A DNA stretch of 64,000 bases from an uncultured Actinomycetes bacterium (GCA_963746995.1 CAVVDF010000010.1:25641-89640); one strand, 5' to 3'; counted from the stretch's first letter, positions 54,465 to 63,703 are shown. Numbers and translations are program-made. Notes: a model not told the origin generated them from the letters alone.

Positions 54465-54489
54465 TGACCGAGGCGTCGGAGGGGCTCGC

Positions 54490-55434
54490 ATGGGCGAGCC
54501 CCTCCAGGCCTCGCCGAAGCGCATGAGCGAGACCGCCACCCCCGTCGAGGGTTCGCCGCGCCGCGGCCTCGGCAGGCGCGTCTCGTCGCACCTGAGCACG
54601 CACCCCCGCACCCGGCTCGGTCTCACGCTCGGGATCCCGCTCCTGTGGATCGGGGTGATCTACCTCGGCGCCCTGGTGCTCCTGTTTGCGAACGCGTTCT
54701 GGCGCGTCGACACCTTGACGGGCAAGATCACCCACGAGTGGACCCTGAAGAACTTCGACACGCTCTGGAGTTCCTCTGTCTATCGCATCATCACGTTGCG
54801 GACCGTCGGGATCGCCGCCGCCGTGGCGGTCGGGGACATCGTGCTTGCGTTCCCGCTCGCGTACTACGCCGCCCGGATCGCGACGGCGCGGGTCCGCGCG
54901 CTGATCCTTGTTGCGGTGGTCCTGCCGCTGTGGTCGAGCTACCTGGTGAAGGCGTTCGCATGGCAGACGATCACCGCGCCGAAGGGGGTCGCCGACGCGA
55001 TGCTCGGCATCGTCGGGATCCCCGAGGGGTCGTTGGGCAACTCGCAGTGGGCGATCTGGCTCACGTTCTGCTACCTGTGGCTGCCCTTCGTGATCCTGCC
55101 GATCTACGCGTCGCTCGAGCGGGTGCCCTCGTCGTATCTGGACGCGTCGGGCGACCTCGGTGCGAAGGCGTGGAAGACCTTCCGTCACGTCGTCTGGCCT
55201 CTGTCGATCCCGGGTGTGGTGGCGGGGTCGATCTTCGCGTTCGCGCTGACGCTCGGCGACTACATCGCGCCCACGATCGTCGGGAACACGAAGTTCATCG
55301 GCAACGTGATCTACGACAGTGTGGGGGTCGCGAACAACCTGCCGCTCGCGGCGGCCTTCGCACTCGTCCCCGTCGCGATCGTGGCGATCTACCTTGCGCT
55401 CGCGAAGCGGCTGGGTGCCTTCGAGGCCCTCTAG
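54490..55434 (+). CDS. potB: ABC transporter permease (PotB-like)
   Basis: Six hydrophobic segments and an EAA-like loop (..LDASGDLGAKAWKTFRHVVWPL..). Confidence 0.88.
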   Translation: MGEPLQASPKRMSETATPVEGSPRRGLGRRVSSHLSTHPRTRLGLTLGIPLLWIGVIYLGALVLLFANAFWRVDTLTGKITHEWTLKNFDTLWSSSVYRIITLRTVGIAAAVAVGDIVLAFPLAYYAARIATARVRALILVAVVLPLWSSYLVKAFAWQTITAPKGVADAMLGIVGIPEGSLGNSQWAIWLTFCYLWLPFVILPIYASLERVPSSYLDASGDLGAKAWKTFRHVVWPLSIPGVVAGSIFAFALTLGDYIAPTIVGNTKFIGNVIYDSVGVANNLPLAAAFALVPVAIVAIYLALAKRLGAFEAL

Positions 55435-56271
55435 ATGGAGAGCCGTGGCGCGAAGATCGTGATCCGGATCGGAGCGGCGATCACGCTGCTGTTCCTGTAC
55501 TTCCCGTTGATGATCGTGATGATCTACGCCTTCAACAGCAGTGTCGCGCAGAGCTGGCCGCCGCACGGGTTCACGACGAAATGGTTCGGGCTTGCATGGG
55601 ACGACCCGAACATGCGCATGGCACTTGGCACCTCGGTGAAGGTCGGGTTGGTCGCCGCCGCGGTCGCGGTCGTGCTCGGCACGCTTGCTTCGTTCGCCGT
55701 GCACCGGTTCCGGTTCTTCGGTCGGGAGACCGTGTCGTTCGTGCTCGTGCTGCCGATCGCGTTGCCCGGAATCATCACGGCGATGGCGCTGCGGTCCGCG
55801 ATGAACACAACGGGGGTCACGTTCTCGATCTGGACGATCATGATCGGCCACGCGACCTTCTGCGTCGTCGTGGTGTTCAACAACGTGATCGCCCGCCTGC
55901 GCCGGACATCCGGGTCGATCGTCGAGGCGTCGATGGACCTCGGCGCGGACGGCTGGCAGACGTTCCGTCATGTGACACTGCCGGCGGTCCGAACGGCGCT
56001 GATCGCGGGTGCCTTGCTGGCGTTCGCGTTGTCGTTCGACGAGATCATCGTGACCAACTTCGTCTCGGGCGCCGAGCTCACGTTGCCGAAGTGGATCTTC
56101 AACGCGATCCGTCTGCCTCGGAACCGCCCGGTCGCGAACGCGGTCGCGCTGATCGTGATCGTGTTGTCGCTGATCCCCGTCTACATCGCGCAGCGGCTCG
56201 TGGGGCCCGACGAGACCGCGGCGCGGCCGACGCGCGCCATGCCGGTCGCCGGCGGCGCGCCGATGGGCTAG
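55435..56271 (+). CDS. potC: ABC transporter permease (PotC-like)
   Basis: ..EASMDLGADGWQTFRHVTLPA... The ATG abuts the potB stop. Confidence 0.9.
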   Translation: MESRGAKIVIRIGAAITLLFLYFPLMIVMIYAFNSSVAQSWPPHGFTTKWFGLAWDDPNMRMALGTSVKVGLVAAAVAVVLGTLASFAVHRFRFFGRETVSFVLVLPIALPGIITAMALRSAMNTTGVTFSIWTIMIGHATFCVVVVFNNVIARLRRTSGSIVEASMDLGADGWQTFRHVTLPAVRTALIAGALLAFALSFDEIIVTNFVSGAELTLPKWIFNAIRLPRNRPVANAVALIVIVLSLIPVYIAQRLVGPDETAARPTRAMPVAGGAPMG

Positions 56272-56768
56272 AGGTACTGGCCGGGTCGGTTGGGGTCGGG
56301 CTGCTGCCCGTCCGGCTGGGGGTTCTGCGCCGCGAGCAATCCGCGCTTCTGTAGCTCCGCGAACTGCGCCTGGGCGGCCGCCTGCTGGGCGAACATCGCT
56401 GCCTGGATCCCATGGAAGAGCCCCTCGAGCCAGCCGACCAACTGCGCCTGGGCGACGCGGAGCTCGGCCTCGGTGGGCACGCCGTCCATCGGAGGAGCGA
56501 GCTGCTCGAGCTCCTCACGGAGGTCGGGAGAGAGCACCTCGGTGAGCTCGCCGACCGCGCGTCCGTAGATGTCGGCGAGGCGTTTGCGGCCCGGCTCGTC
56601 CAGCGTCGTTTGGCGCGTCTGCTCCAGAAGCTCGCGGACCATCGTCGCGATCCGCAGGAGCTTCGCGGGCTGGGTGATCGACTCCTCTGCCTGGTCGATC
56701 GGGGCCGGCACGTCGGCGACCGGCAGGGCCTGCATCACGTCGGGCGTTTCAGGCTGTTCGTCACTCAT
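56268..56768 (-). CDS. bpa: bacterial proteasome activator (Bpa/PafE, DUF2587)
   Basis: 166 aa, helical, Pro/Gln-rich disordered tail ending ..NRPGQYL (the GQYL proteasome-docking motif). Confidence 0.85.
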   Translation of the reverse strand: MSDEQPETPDVMQALPVADVPAPIDQAEESITQPAKLLRIATMVRELLEQTRQTTLDEPGRKRLADIYGRAVGELTEVLSPDLREELEQLAPPMDGVPTEAELRVAQAQLVGWLEGLFHGIQAAMFAQQAAAQAQFAELQKRGLLAAQNPQPDGQQPDPNRPGQYL

Positions 56769-56774
56769 ACGTCC

Positions 56775-56780
56775 AACCTA
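56775..56780 (-). promoter_or_regulatory. -10-like hexamer TAGGTT (minus strand), 6 nt before ATG 56768
   Basis: + strand cat-acgtcc-aaccta. Confidence 0.4.
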
Positions 56781-56814
56781 GCAGCGGCGCCGCGATGCGC
56801 GGAACGAGCGAGAT

Positions 56815-58152
56815 CTACGCGCCGAGCGCCCGGAGGAACGCGGCCTCGGCCTGCGCCATCCGAACGACCTCGCCGAGATCGACGCTCTCGTCACGCGAGT
56901 GGTAGTTCGACCGGTGATCGGCCGCGCCCCAGATGAGCACTTGGATCCCGGGGAACGTTTGGGCGAGCATCGGGACGAGCGGGATCGAGCCACCCGAGCC
57001 GAGCTCCGTGACGTCGGCCCCGAACGCGTCTGCGAGCGCGGTGCGTGCCGCCGCGAAGACGTCGGAAGAGGTGTCGACCAGGTATCCCTGGCCGGGCTCG
57101 CCGTCGACGGTGACCGTCGCGTGCACGCCCCACGGCGCCGCATCGCGTAGATGCTGAGCGACCGTCTCCGCCGCCGCCGGGTAGTCTTCGCCGGGGGCCA
57201 TCCGCAGGCCGACCACGGCAGACGCGGTCGGCACGATCTGGTTCGCGACCTCGTCGAGGCGCGGAGCCTCGAACGCCAAGACGTTGACCGACGGCTTCGA
57301 CAGAGTGCGATCGGCGATCGTGCCGGAGCCGAACAGCTCGACCCCGTCCAGCACGTTCGCCTCGTCGCGGAACTCCTGTTCCGTGACTTGGGTTCCCTGC
57401 CATTTGAACGTGTGCAGTCCGTCGACGGTCAGCTCTCCGGTGTCGTCGTGCAATGACGCGAGCATCCGGGATAGCGCCATCACCGCGTCGGGCAGGGGCC
57501 CGCCGAACGCACCGGAGTGCACGGCGATCGGCAAGACGTCGACCCGAACCGAGATCGACGTGGCGCCGCGCACGCTGGTGCCGATCGTTGGGGCGCCGGT
57601 GCGGATGTTCCCGCCGTCGGCGACGACCGCGACGTCGGCACGGAGTAGGTCTGCATTCCCGGCGACGAGCTGCGGGAGGAACGCGGTCGAGCATTCCTCT
57701 TCGCCCTCCACGATCACCTTGATCGTGACCGGCGGCTCGCCCTCGGCGAGCAGCGCCCGGATCGCCGCGGCGTGGATCGCGATGCCGCACTTGTCGTCCG
57801 CCGTGCCTCGTCCGAACATCCTGCCTTCGCGAAGGGTCGGTTCGAACGGCAGCGTGACCCACTGGTCGGCGTCGGCGGCCGGCTGCACGTCGTGGTGCGC
57901 GTACAGCAGCACGGTGGGGGCCTCCGCGGGTCCGTCGATCTGCCCGAACACGGCGGGCTGGCCGCCGGGCTCGAGGATCCGCACATCGGGCAGCCCGGCG
58001 TCACGGAGCAGGTGTGCGGTCAACTCGGCACTCGCCCGAACGTGGGCGCGGTCGTACCCCTCGTAGCCCACGGACGGGATGGCCACGAGCCGCGACAGCT
58101 CATCGGTGATGCGTGGCAGGTCGTCTGCGATGTGGGCGCTGAGGTCGGTCAT
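56815..58152 (-). CDS. M20 family dipeptidase
   Basis: LLYAHHDVQP, GRGTADDKCG, VEGEEE. ATG 58152 (MTDLSAHIADD..). Confidence 0.9.
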   Translation of the reverse strand: MTDLSAHIADDLPRITDELSRLVAIPSVGYEGYDRAHVRASAELTAHLLRDAGLPDVRILEPGGQPAVFGQIDGPAEAPTVLLYAHHDVQPAADADQWVTLPFEPTLREGRMFGRGTADDKCGIAIHAAAIRALLAEGEPPVTIKVIVEGEEECSTAFLPQLVAGNADLLRADVAVVADGGNIRTGAPTIGTSVRGATSISVRVDVLPIAVHSGAFGGPLPDAVMALSRMLASLHDDTGELTVDGLHTFKWQGTQVTEQEFRDEANVLDGVELFGSGTIADRTLSKPSVNVLAFEAPRLDEVANQIVPTASAVVGLRMAPGEDYPAAAETVAQHLRDAAPWGVHATVTVDGEPGQGYLVDTSSDVFAAARTALADAFGADVTELGSGGSIPLVPMLAQTFPGIQVLIWGAADHRSNYHSRDESVDLGEVVRMAQAEAAFLRALGA

Positions 58153-58159
58153 GTCTCGG

Positions 58160-58165
58160 AGCGTA
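58160..58165 (-). promoter_or_regulatory. -10-like hexamer TACGCT (minus strand), 7 nt before ATG 58152
   Basis: + strand cat-gtctcgg-agcgta. Confidence 0.4.
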
Positions 58166-58217
58166 ACGACCGGACGGCGTTCGCGTCGACGATCACGTGA
58201 AGCGGGACCTGGTCCGG

Positions 58218-59255
58218 TCAGCTCAGAGAACCGCTGTCCGTCATCCGCCAATCGTAGGGGGAGACGTAGTTGCTCACGAGCCGCGCGTAGTTCGCCCTCG
58301 CGTAGGCGACCGGGTCGGGAACGTGCGCCATCGACATGGCGCCCCGCAGCACGGAGACCGAGGTGTAGTCGTGCTCCTGCATCCAGGTCTCGACGCCTTC
58401 GAGCACGACGCCGGCGTGTTCGGGCCCCTCGTGCAGCAGCGCGCTCGCCATCATCACGACGTCCGCCCCGACCAGCAGGCCTTTGACCGCGTCGTCGCCC
58501 GAGTGACATCCGGTCGACAGCGCGAGCGACGCATGTACCTTGTCACGAAGGATCCCGATCCAACGCAGCGGCAGCAACAGCTCCTCAGAACGAGAGAGGT
58601 GCAGCGCCGGGTCGATCGTCATCGATTCGAGGTCGATGTCGGGCTGCATGAAGCGGTTGAAGAGCACGAGCCCGTCCGCGCCCGCGGCCACGAGCCGGTG
58701 CGCCATGTGTCCGATCGACGAGAAGAACGGTCCGATCTTCACGGCGAGCGGGATGTGGATCTCACCCCGCACGGCCTCGACCAGGTCGACATAGCGCTGC
58801 TCCACCGCGTCGGCGGTTTCATCCGGGTCGGCGGCGATGAAGTAGACGTTCAGTTCGAGCGCTGCGGCCCCGGCTTCCTGCAGCCGCTTGGCGTGCGCGA
58901 GCCAGCCCCCCACCGAGATGCCGTTCAGCGAACCGATCACGGGGATCTCGAGCTCGCGGACGCACGCCTCGAGATGGCGCAGGTACGCGTCGGTGCCGGT
59001 GTTGTAGTCCTCGAGTTCCGGCAGATACGACAACGCCTCCGGGTGCGAATCGGCGGCGAGATCCAGCACCCCGTGCAGCTGGAGCTCCTCGTGCTCGACC
59101 TGCTCCTCGAACAAGGAGGGCAACACGACGGCGCCGATCCCGGCGGCCTGCAGGCGGCGGAGGGTGTCGATCTTCTGGCCCATCGGCGAGGCGGACGCCA
59201 CGATCGGCGAACGCAACGCGAGCCCGAGGTACCGCGTGGTCAGGTCGACGGTCAT
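58218..59255 (-). CDS. dihydroorotate-dehydrogenase-like TIM-barrel flavoprotein, coupled to PFOR
   Basis: MTVDLTTRYLGLALRSPIVASASP.., LELNVYF, LVLFNRF. ATGA overlap with the PFOR stop and GAGGAGG RBS. Confidence 0.88.
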   Translation of the reverse strand: MTVDLTTRYLGLALRSPIVASASPMGQKIDTLRRLQAAGIGAVVLPSLFEEQVEHEELQLHGVLDLAADSHPEALSYLPELEDYNTGTDAYLRHLEACVRELEIPVIGSLNGISVGGWLAHAKRLQEAGAAALELNVYFIAADPDETADAVEQRYVDLVEAVRGEIHIPLAVKIGPFFSSIGHMAHRLVAAGADGLVLFNRFMQPDIDLESMTIDPALHLSRSEELLLPLRWIGILRDKVHASLALSTGCHSGDDAVKGLLVGADVVMMASALLHEGPEHAGVVLEGVETWMQEHDYTSVSVLRGAMSMAHVPDPVAYARANYARLVSNYVSPYDWRMTDSGSLS

Positions 59256-62200
59256 GACTGGTCCTCCTCGGTCGGTTCGATCCCTGCGAGTTGCTCGTAG
59301 CGTCGGCGCCGGTCGTACACGTCCGCCTGCGCAGCCTCCATCAGCGCTGCCGCGCGGGCGGGGTCGGAGCGCGCGAGCATGGCGAATCGTGCTTCCTGCT
59401 GCTCGAAGTCCTTGAGTGGCAGGCTCGGGGCCTTGCTGTCGAGCTGCCACGCGGGCCCATCTTCGCGATGCGGATCGAACCGGAAGAGCGGCCAATAGCC
59501 GGACCGGACCGCCTCCTTCTGATGGGTCATGCTCGTCGAGAGATCGATCCCGTGCGCGATGCACGTCGAGTACGCGATCACGAGCGAGGGCCCGGGGTGC
59601 GCCTCCGCCTCGGCGAGCACTCGCACGGTGTGCGGCATGTCGGCGCCCATCGCGATCTGACCGACGTAGACGTCGCCGTAGCCGCTCGCGAGCAGCCCGA
59701 GATCCTTCTTGCGCTGTCCCTTCCCGGCCGCGGCGAACTTCGCGACGGCCCCGCGTGGGGTCGCCTTCGACGCCTGCCCGCCGGTGTTCGAGTAGACCTC
59801 GGTGTCGAGAACGAGGATGTTGACGTCGGTGCCGCTCGCGAGCACATGGTCCAGCCCCCCGAAGCCGATGTCGTAGGCCCACCCGTCGCCACCGACGATC
59901 CAGACGCTCTCGGGCACGAGGCGCTCGAGCACCGCGGCAAGATCTCGCGCGCGCGGATCGCCGATCCGCGTCAGCTGCTCGCCGAGCGTTTCGATCCGCG
60001 CGCGCTGCTCGGCCAGGGCTTCCTCACCCCGCGCGCCTGCGCCGGCGATCGCCTCCGTGACCAGTTCGGGCTCCAGCTCGTCGGCCAGGGCGTGCAGCAA
60101 GGTGATCGCGAGGTCGCGTTCCGCGTCGATACCAAGCCGGATCCCCATGCCGAACTCGGCGTTGTCTTCGAACAGGGAGTTCGCCCACGCGGGTCCGCGG
60201 CCCGCGGCGTCGACGCTCCACGGGGTCGTGGGCAGGTTCCCGCCGTAGATCGAGGAACACCCAGTCGCGTTGGCGACGATCATGCGGTCGCCGAACAGCT
60301 GGCTCAGCACCTTCAGGTACGGCGTCTCGCCGCACCCCGCGCAGGCTCCCGAGAACTCGAACAGCGGCCGGAGCTGCTGCGAACCCTTGACGGTGTCCGT
60401 GCGGATCGTGCGTCGGTCCGGGTCCGGGAGCGACCGGAACAGGTCCCAGCGGGTCCGCTCGGTCTCGAGATGGATCTCCTTGGGCGACATGTCGATCGAC
60501 TTGTGACTGACGTTTGCCTTGTCGTGGGCCGGGCAGACATCGACGCAGATGCCGCAGCCGGTGCAGTCGTCGGGCGTGACCTGGATCGTCATCCAGCGCC
60601 CTGGGTGCTCGCGGTCTTTCCATTCCTTGTGCGGGAGCGATGCGGGGTCGGCCAGCGCATCGGGGTCGTAGACCTTCATCCGGATCGCGCTATGCGGGCA
60701 CACGAGCGCGCACTTCGCGCAGTCGATACAGATCGCCGGGTCCCAGATCGGGATCTCCCGTGCGATCGATCGACGCTCCCACCGCGCGGTGTCCGTCGGG
60801 AACGTGCCGTCGACCGGCAGGGCCGAGACCGGCAGCAGATCTCCATCGCCGGCCAGCATCGTGGCCGTCACCTTCTGCACGAAGTCCGGCGCCTCGGGCG
60901 GCACCACGGGAGGGCGATGTGCCTCGCTCGTCGCCGCTGCCGGCACGGCGACCTCGTGCAGCGCGGCGAGCGCGCCGTCGACGGCGGCGAAGTTCCGGGT
61001 GAGGATCGCCTCGCCGCGCTTGCCGTAGCTCTTGACGATCGCATCCTTGATCGCCGCGATCGCCTCGTCGATCGGCAGGATCTCCGTCAGCGCGAAGAAG
61101 CAGGTCTGCAGCACGGTGTTGATGCGCGTCCCGAGCCCAGCCGCCTTCGCGACCTCGTAGCCGTCGACGACGAATAGTCGCAGGCCCTTGTCGACGATCT
61201 GGTCCTGCACCTCCCGCGGGAGGTGGTCCCAGACATCGTCGGGCCCGTACGGGCTGTTGAGCAGGAACGTCGCGCCGGGTCGGGCGAGATCGAGCACATC
61301 GGTGCGCTCGAGCCGTTCGAATTGGTGGCAGGCGACGAAGTCGGCTCGCTGGATCTGGTACGTCGAGCGGATCGGCTGCGGCCCGAACCGCAGGTGCGAG
61401 ATCGTGACCGCACCCGCCTTCTTGGAGTCGTAGACGAAGTACCCCTGGGCATGGAGGTCGGTGTGTTCCCCGATGATCTTGATCGAGTTCTTGTTCGCGC
61501 TGACCGTGCCATCGGCGCCGAGCCCGAAGAACACGGCTCGGACGGTGGCCGGGTGTTCGGTCTGGAACGCGGGATCCACCGGCAGACTCGAACCGCTCAC
61601 GTCGTCGACGATGCCGACGGTGAAGTGACGACGAGGCTCCGCGACGTCGAGCTCCGCGAGGGCAGCCGCGGCCATCGCCGGGGTGAACTCTTTCGACGAC
61701 AGGCCGTAGCGCCCGCCGATCACGTGGGGGATGCCAGCAGTGAAGGTCGCGCGACCGGCATCGAGCACCTCGGCCAACGACGTGACGACGTCCTGGTACA
61801 GCGGCTCGCCGGGTGCGCCCGGCTCTTTCGTGCGGTCGAGCACGGCGATCGCACGGGTACTCGGCGGCAGCGTCGCGACGAACGCGTCGGGCGCGAAGGG
61901 TCGGAAGAGTCGGACGATCACGACACCAACACGCGCACCGGCATCGGCGAGGGTCTCGACCGCCTCAACGGCGGCGCCCGCGCCCGAGCCCATCAGGACA
62001 AGTACGCGCTCGGCCTCGGGGTGCCCGACGTAGTCGAAGAGCCGGTAGGGGCGACCCGTGCGGGCGCCGAGTTCGTCCATCACGGCCTGCACCGCGTCGG
62101 GGACGGCCGCGTAGAACGGCGAGCACGCCTCTCGGGCTTGGAAGAAGACATCGGGGTTCTGCGCGGAGCCGCGGAGCTTCGGGTCGGCCGACGCCAGCGC

Positions 62201-62848
62201 TCGAGCCCGATGCGCGACGATCGCGTCGACGTCGACCAGGGCGCGGAGGTCGTCGTCGTCGAGCGCCTGGATCTTCGCGACCTCGTGCGACGTGCGGAAC
62301 CCGTCGAAGAAGTGCAGGAACGGCACGCGGGTACGCAGGGTAGCGGCGTGCGCGACCAGCGCCAGATCCTGGGCCTCCTGCACGCTCGATGCACAGAGCA
62401 TCGCGAACCCGGTTGTGCGCGCCGCCATCACGTCGGAGTGATCGCCGAAGATCGACAGCGCGTGCGTCGCGATCGTTCGCGCCGCAACGTGCATCACGAA
62501 GGGTGTGAGCTCGCCGGCGATCTTGAACATGTTCGGCAGCATCAGCAATAGACCCTGCGACGCGGTGAAGGTCGTGGCGAGCGCGCCGGCCTGGAGGGCT
62601 CCGTGCAACGCGCCGGCGGCGCCGCCCTCGCTCTGCATCTCGACGACGTGGGGGACCGCGCCCCACAGGTTCTCGATGCCGGCCGCCGACCAGGCGTCGG
62701 CCAGCTCCCCCATCGGAGAACTGGGCGTGATCGGGTAGATCGCGATCACCTCGGAGAGCCGGTGCGCGACGCGCGCCGCCGCCTCGTTACCGTCCACGAC
62801 GATGAAGGGTCGGACCGCTGTTCGGCCCTCGCGAGTTGCGGTGTCCAT
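59252..62848 (-). CDS. nifJ: pyruvate:ferredoxin (flavodoxin) oxidoreductase, single-polypeptide type
   Basis: VIAIYPITPSS, CIDCAKCALVCPHSAI and CTGCGICVDVCP (two 4Fe-4S motifs), GGDGWAYDIGFGG (TPP site). ATG 62848 (MDTATREG..); the ORF is open to TTG 62884. Confidence 0.95.
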   Translation of the reverse strand: MDTATREGRTAVRPFIVVDGNEAAARVAHRLSEVIAIYPITPSSPMGELADAWSAAGIENLWGAVPHVVEMQSEGGAAGALHGALQAGALATTFTASQGLLLMLPNMFKIAGELTPFVMHVAARTIATHALSIFGDHSDVMAARTTGFAMLCASSVQEAQDLALVAHAATLRTRVPFLHFFDGFRTSHEVAKIQALDDDDLRALVDVDAIVAHRARALASADPKLRGSAQNPDVFFQAREACSPFYAAVPDAVQAVMDELGARTGRPYRLFDYVGHPEAERVLVLMGSGAGAAVEAVETLADAGARVGVVIVRLFRPFAPDAFVATLPPSTRAIAVLDRTKEPGAPGEPLYQDVVTSLAEVLDAGRATFTAGIPHVIGGRYGLSSKEFTPAMAAAALAELDVAEPRRHFTVGIVDDVSGSSLPVDPAFQTEHPATVRAVFFGLGADGTVSANKNSIKIIGEHTDLHAQGYFVYDSKKAGAVTISHLRFGPQPIRSTYQIQRADFVACHQFERLERTDVLDLARPGATFLLNSPYGPDDVWDHLPREVQDQIVDKGLRLFVVDGYEVAKAAGLGTRINTVLQTCFFALTEILPIDEAIAAIKDAIVKSYGKRGEAILTRNFAAVDGALAALHEVAVPAAATSEAHRPPVVPPEAPDFVQKVTATMLAGDGDLLPVSALPVDGTFPTDTARWERRSIAREIPIWDPAICIDCAKCALVCPHSAIRMKVYDPDALADPASLPHKEWKDREHPGRWMTIQVTPDDCTGCGICVDVCPAHDKANVSHKSIDMSPKEIHLETERTRWDLFRSLPDPDRRTIRTDTVKGSQQLRPLFEFSGACAGCGETPYLKVLSQLFGDRMIVANATGCSSIYGGNLPTTPWSVDAAGRGPAWANSLFEDNAEFGMGIRLGIDAERDLAITLLHALADELEPELVTEAIAGAGARGEEALAEQRARIETLGEQLTRIGDPRARDLAAVLERLVPESVWIVGGDGWAYDIGFGGLDHVLASGTDVNILVLDTEVYSNTGGQASKATPRGAVAKFAAAGKGQRKKDLGLLASGYGDVYVGQIAMGADMPHTVRVLAEAEAHPGPSLVIAYSTCIAHGIDLSTSMTHQKEAVRSGYWPLFRFDPHREDGPAWQLDSKAPSLPLKDFEQQEARFAMLARSDPARAAALMEAAQADVYDRRRRYEQLAGIEPTEEDQS

Positions 62849-62921
62849 AGCATGCAGCTTCTCGGCTTGCCGCAGTTGGCGCAAGGCCGAAGGTCCCGGG
62901 GGGTGTGGGTCGCCGCCCGGA

Positions 62922-63551
62922 CTAGGGGGACAGGCGCTCGAGGCGCCAGCCGGCGTCCTCGCGGGTGTAGCAGAACCGATCGTGCAGCCGGAAGCGCCGC
63001 CCTTGCCAGAACTCGATCGTCACGGGGATCAGGAGGTAGCCGCCCCAGAACGGCGGCCGGGAGACCTGCTCGCCGTCGAACCGCTCGGTGGCGGCATCGA
63101 GCCGCCGCTCGAGCTCGCCTCGGTCGGCGATGGGCGCGGACTGGCGACTCGCCCATGCGCCGATCTGCGCCTCGCGTGGCCGAGACGCGAAGTACGCATC
63201 GGAATCCTCACCGGGGAGCTCGTGGACATCACCGCGGACCGAGATCTGCCGATCGAGCTCGCGCCACAACACCGTGAACGCGCCCCGCGGGTTGGCGGCG
63301 AGCTCTCGCCCTTTGCGGCTCGTGCGGTTCGTGTAGAACGCGAACCCCTCCGCGGTGACCCCGCGAAGCAACACGTGGCGAACCGAGGGCGCGCCCTCGG
63401 TATCGGCCGTCGCCAGTGCGATCGCGTTCGCGAACGGCACCCCCGCCGTGTCGGCCTCGGCGAGCCACGTGCGGAACTGTTCGATCGGATCTGATGCGAG
63501 ATCGGCGCGCCGAAGCGCCTCGTGTTCGTGCGTTCCGGTCGGCGCGTCCAT
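62922..63551 (-). CDS. pdxH: pyridoxamine 5'-phosphate oxidase
   Basis: ..PSVRHVLLRGV..FAFYTNRTSRKGREL..EFWQGRRFRLHDR... ATG 63551. Confidence 0.92.
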   Translation of the reverse strand: MDAPTGTHEHEALRRADLASDPIEQFRTWLAEADTAGVPFANAIALATADTEGAPSVRHVLLRGVTAEGFAFYTNRTSRKGRELAANPRGAFTVLWRELDRQISVRGDVHELPGEDSDAYFASRPREAQIGAWASRQSAPIADRGELERRLDAATERFDGEQVSRPPFWGGYLLIPVTIEFWQGRRFRLHDRFCYTREDAGWRLERLSP

Positions 63552-63571
63552 CGAACGTGGATCGGTCACGG

Positions 63572-63643
63572 TGCCCCCGGCAGGATTCGAACCTGCGCCC
63601 CCGGCTCCGGAGGCCGGTGCTCTATCCCCTGAGCTACGGGGGC
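63572..63643 (-). tRNA. tRNA-Arg (anticodon CCG); CCA not encoded
   Basis: Reverse complement GCCCCCG-TA-GCTC-AGGGGATA-GAGC-A-CCGGC-CTCCGGA-GCCGG-GGGC-GCAGG-TTCGAAT-CCTGC-CGGGGGC-A folds as a cloverleaf. Confidence 0.9.
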
Positions 63644-63697
63644 AATGGGCGGAGTCTAGCAACCGCCGCTCAAGGACCAGTCGAGAGCGTGCGCCCG

Positions 63698-63703
63698 TAT
63701 GCT
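63698..63703 (+). promoter_or_regulatory. -10-like hexamer TATGCT, 7 nt before ATG 63711
   Basis: tatgct-cacgggc-ATG. Confidence 0.4.

Noticed and set aside
52080-55971. 673-aa and 620-aa minus-strand ORFs antisense to the pot operon
   Set aside because: Opposite strand of unmistakable ABC transporter genes; the translations lack any motif.
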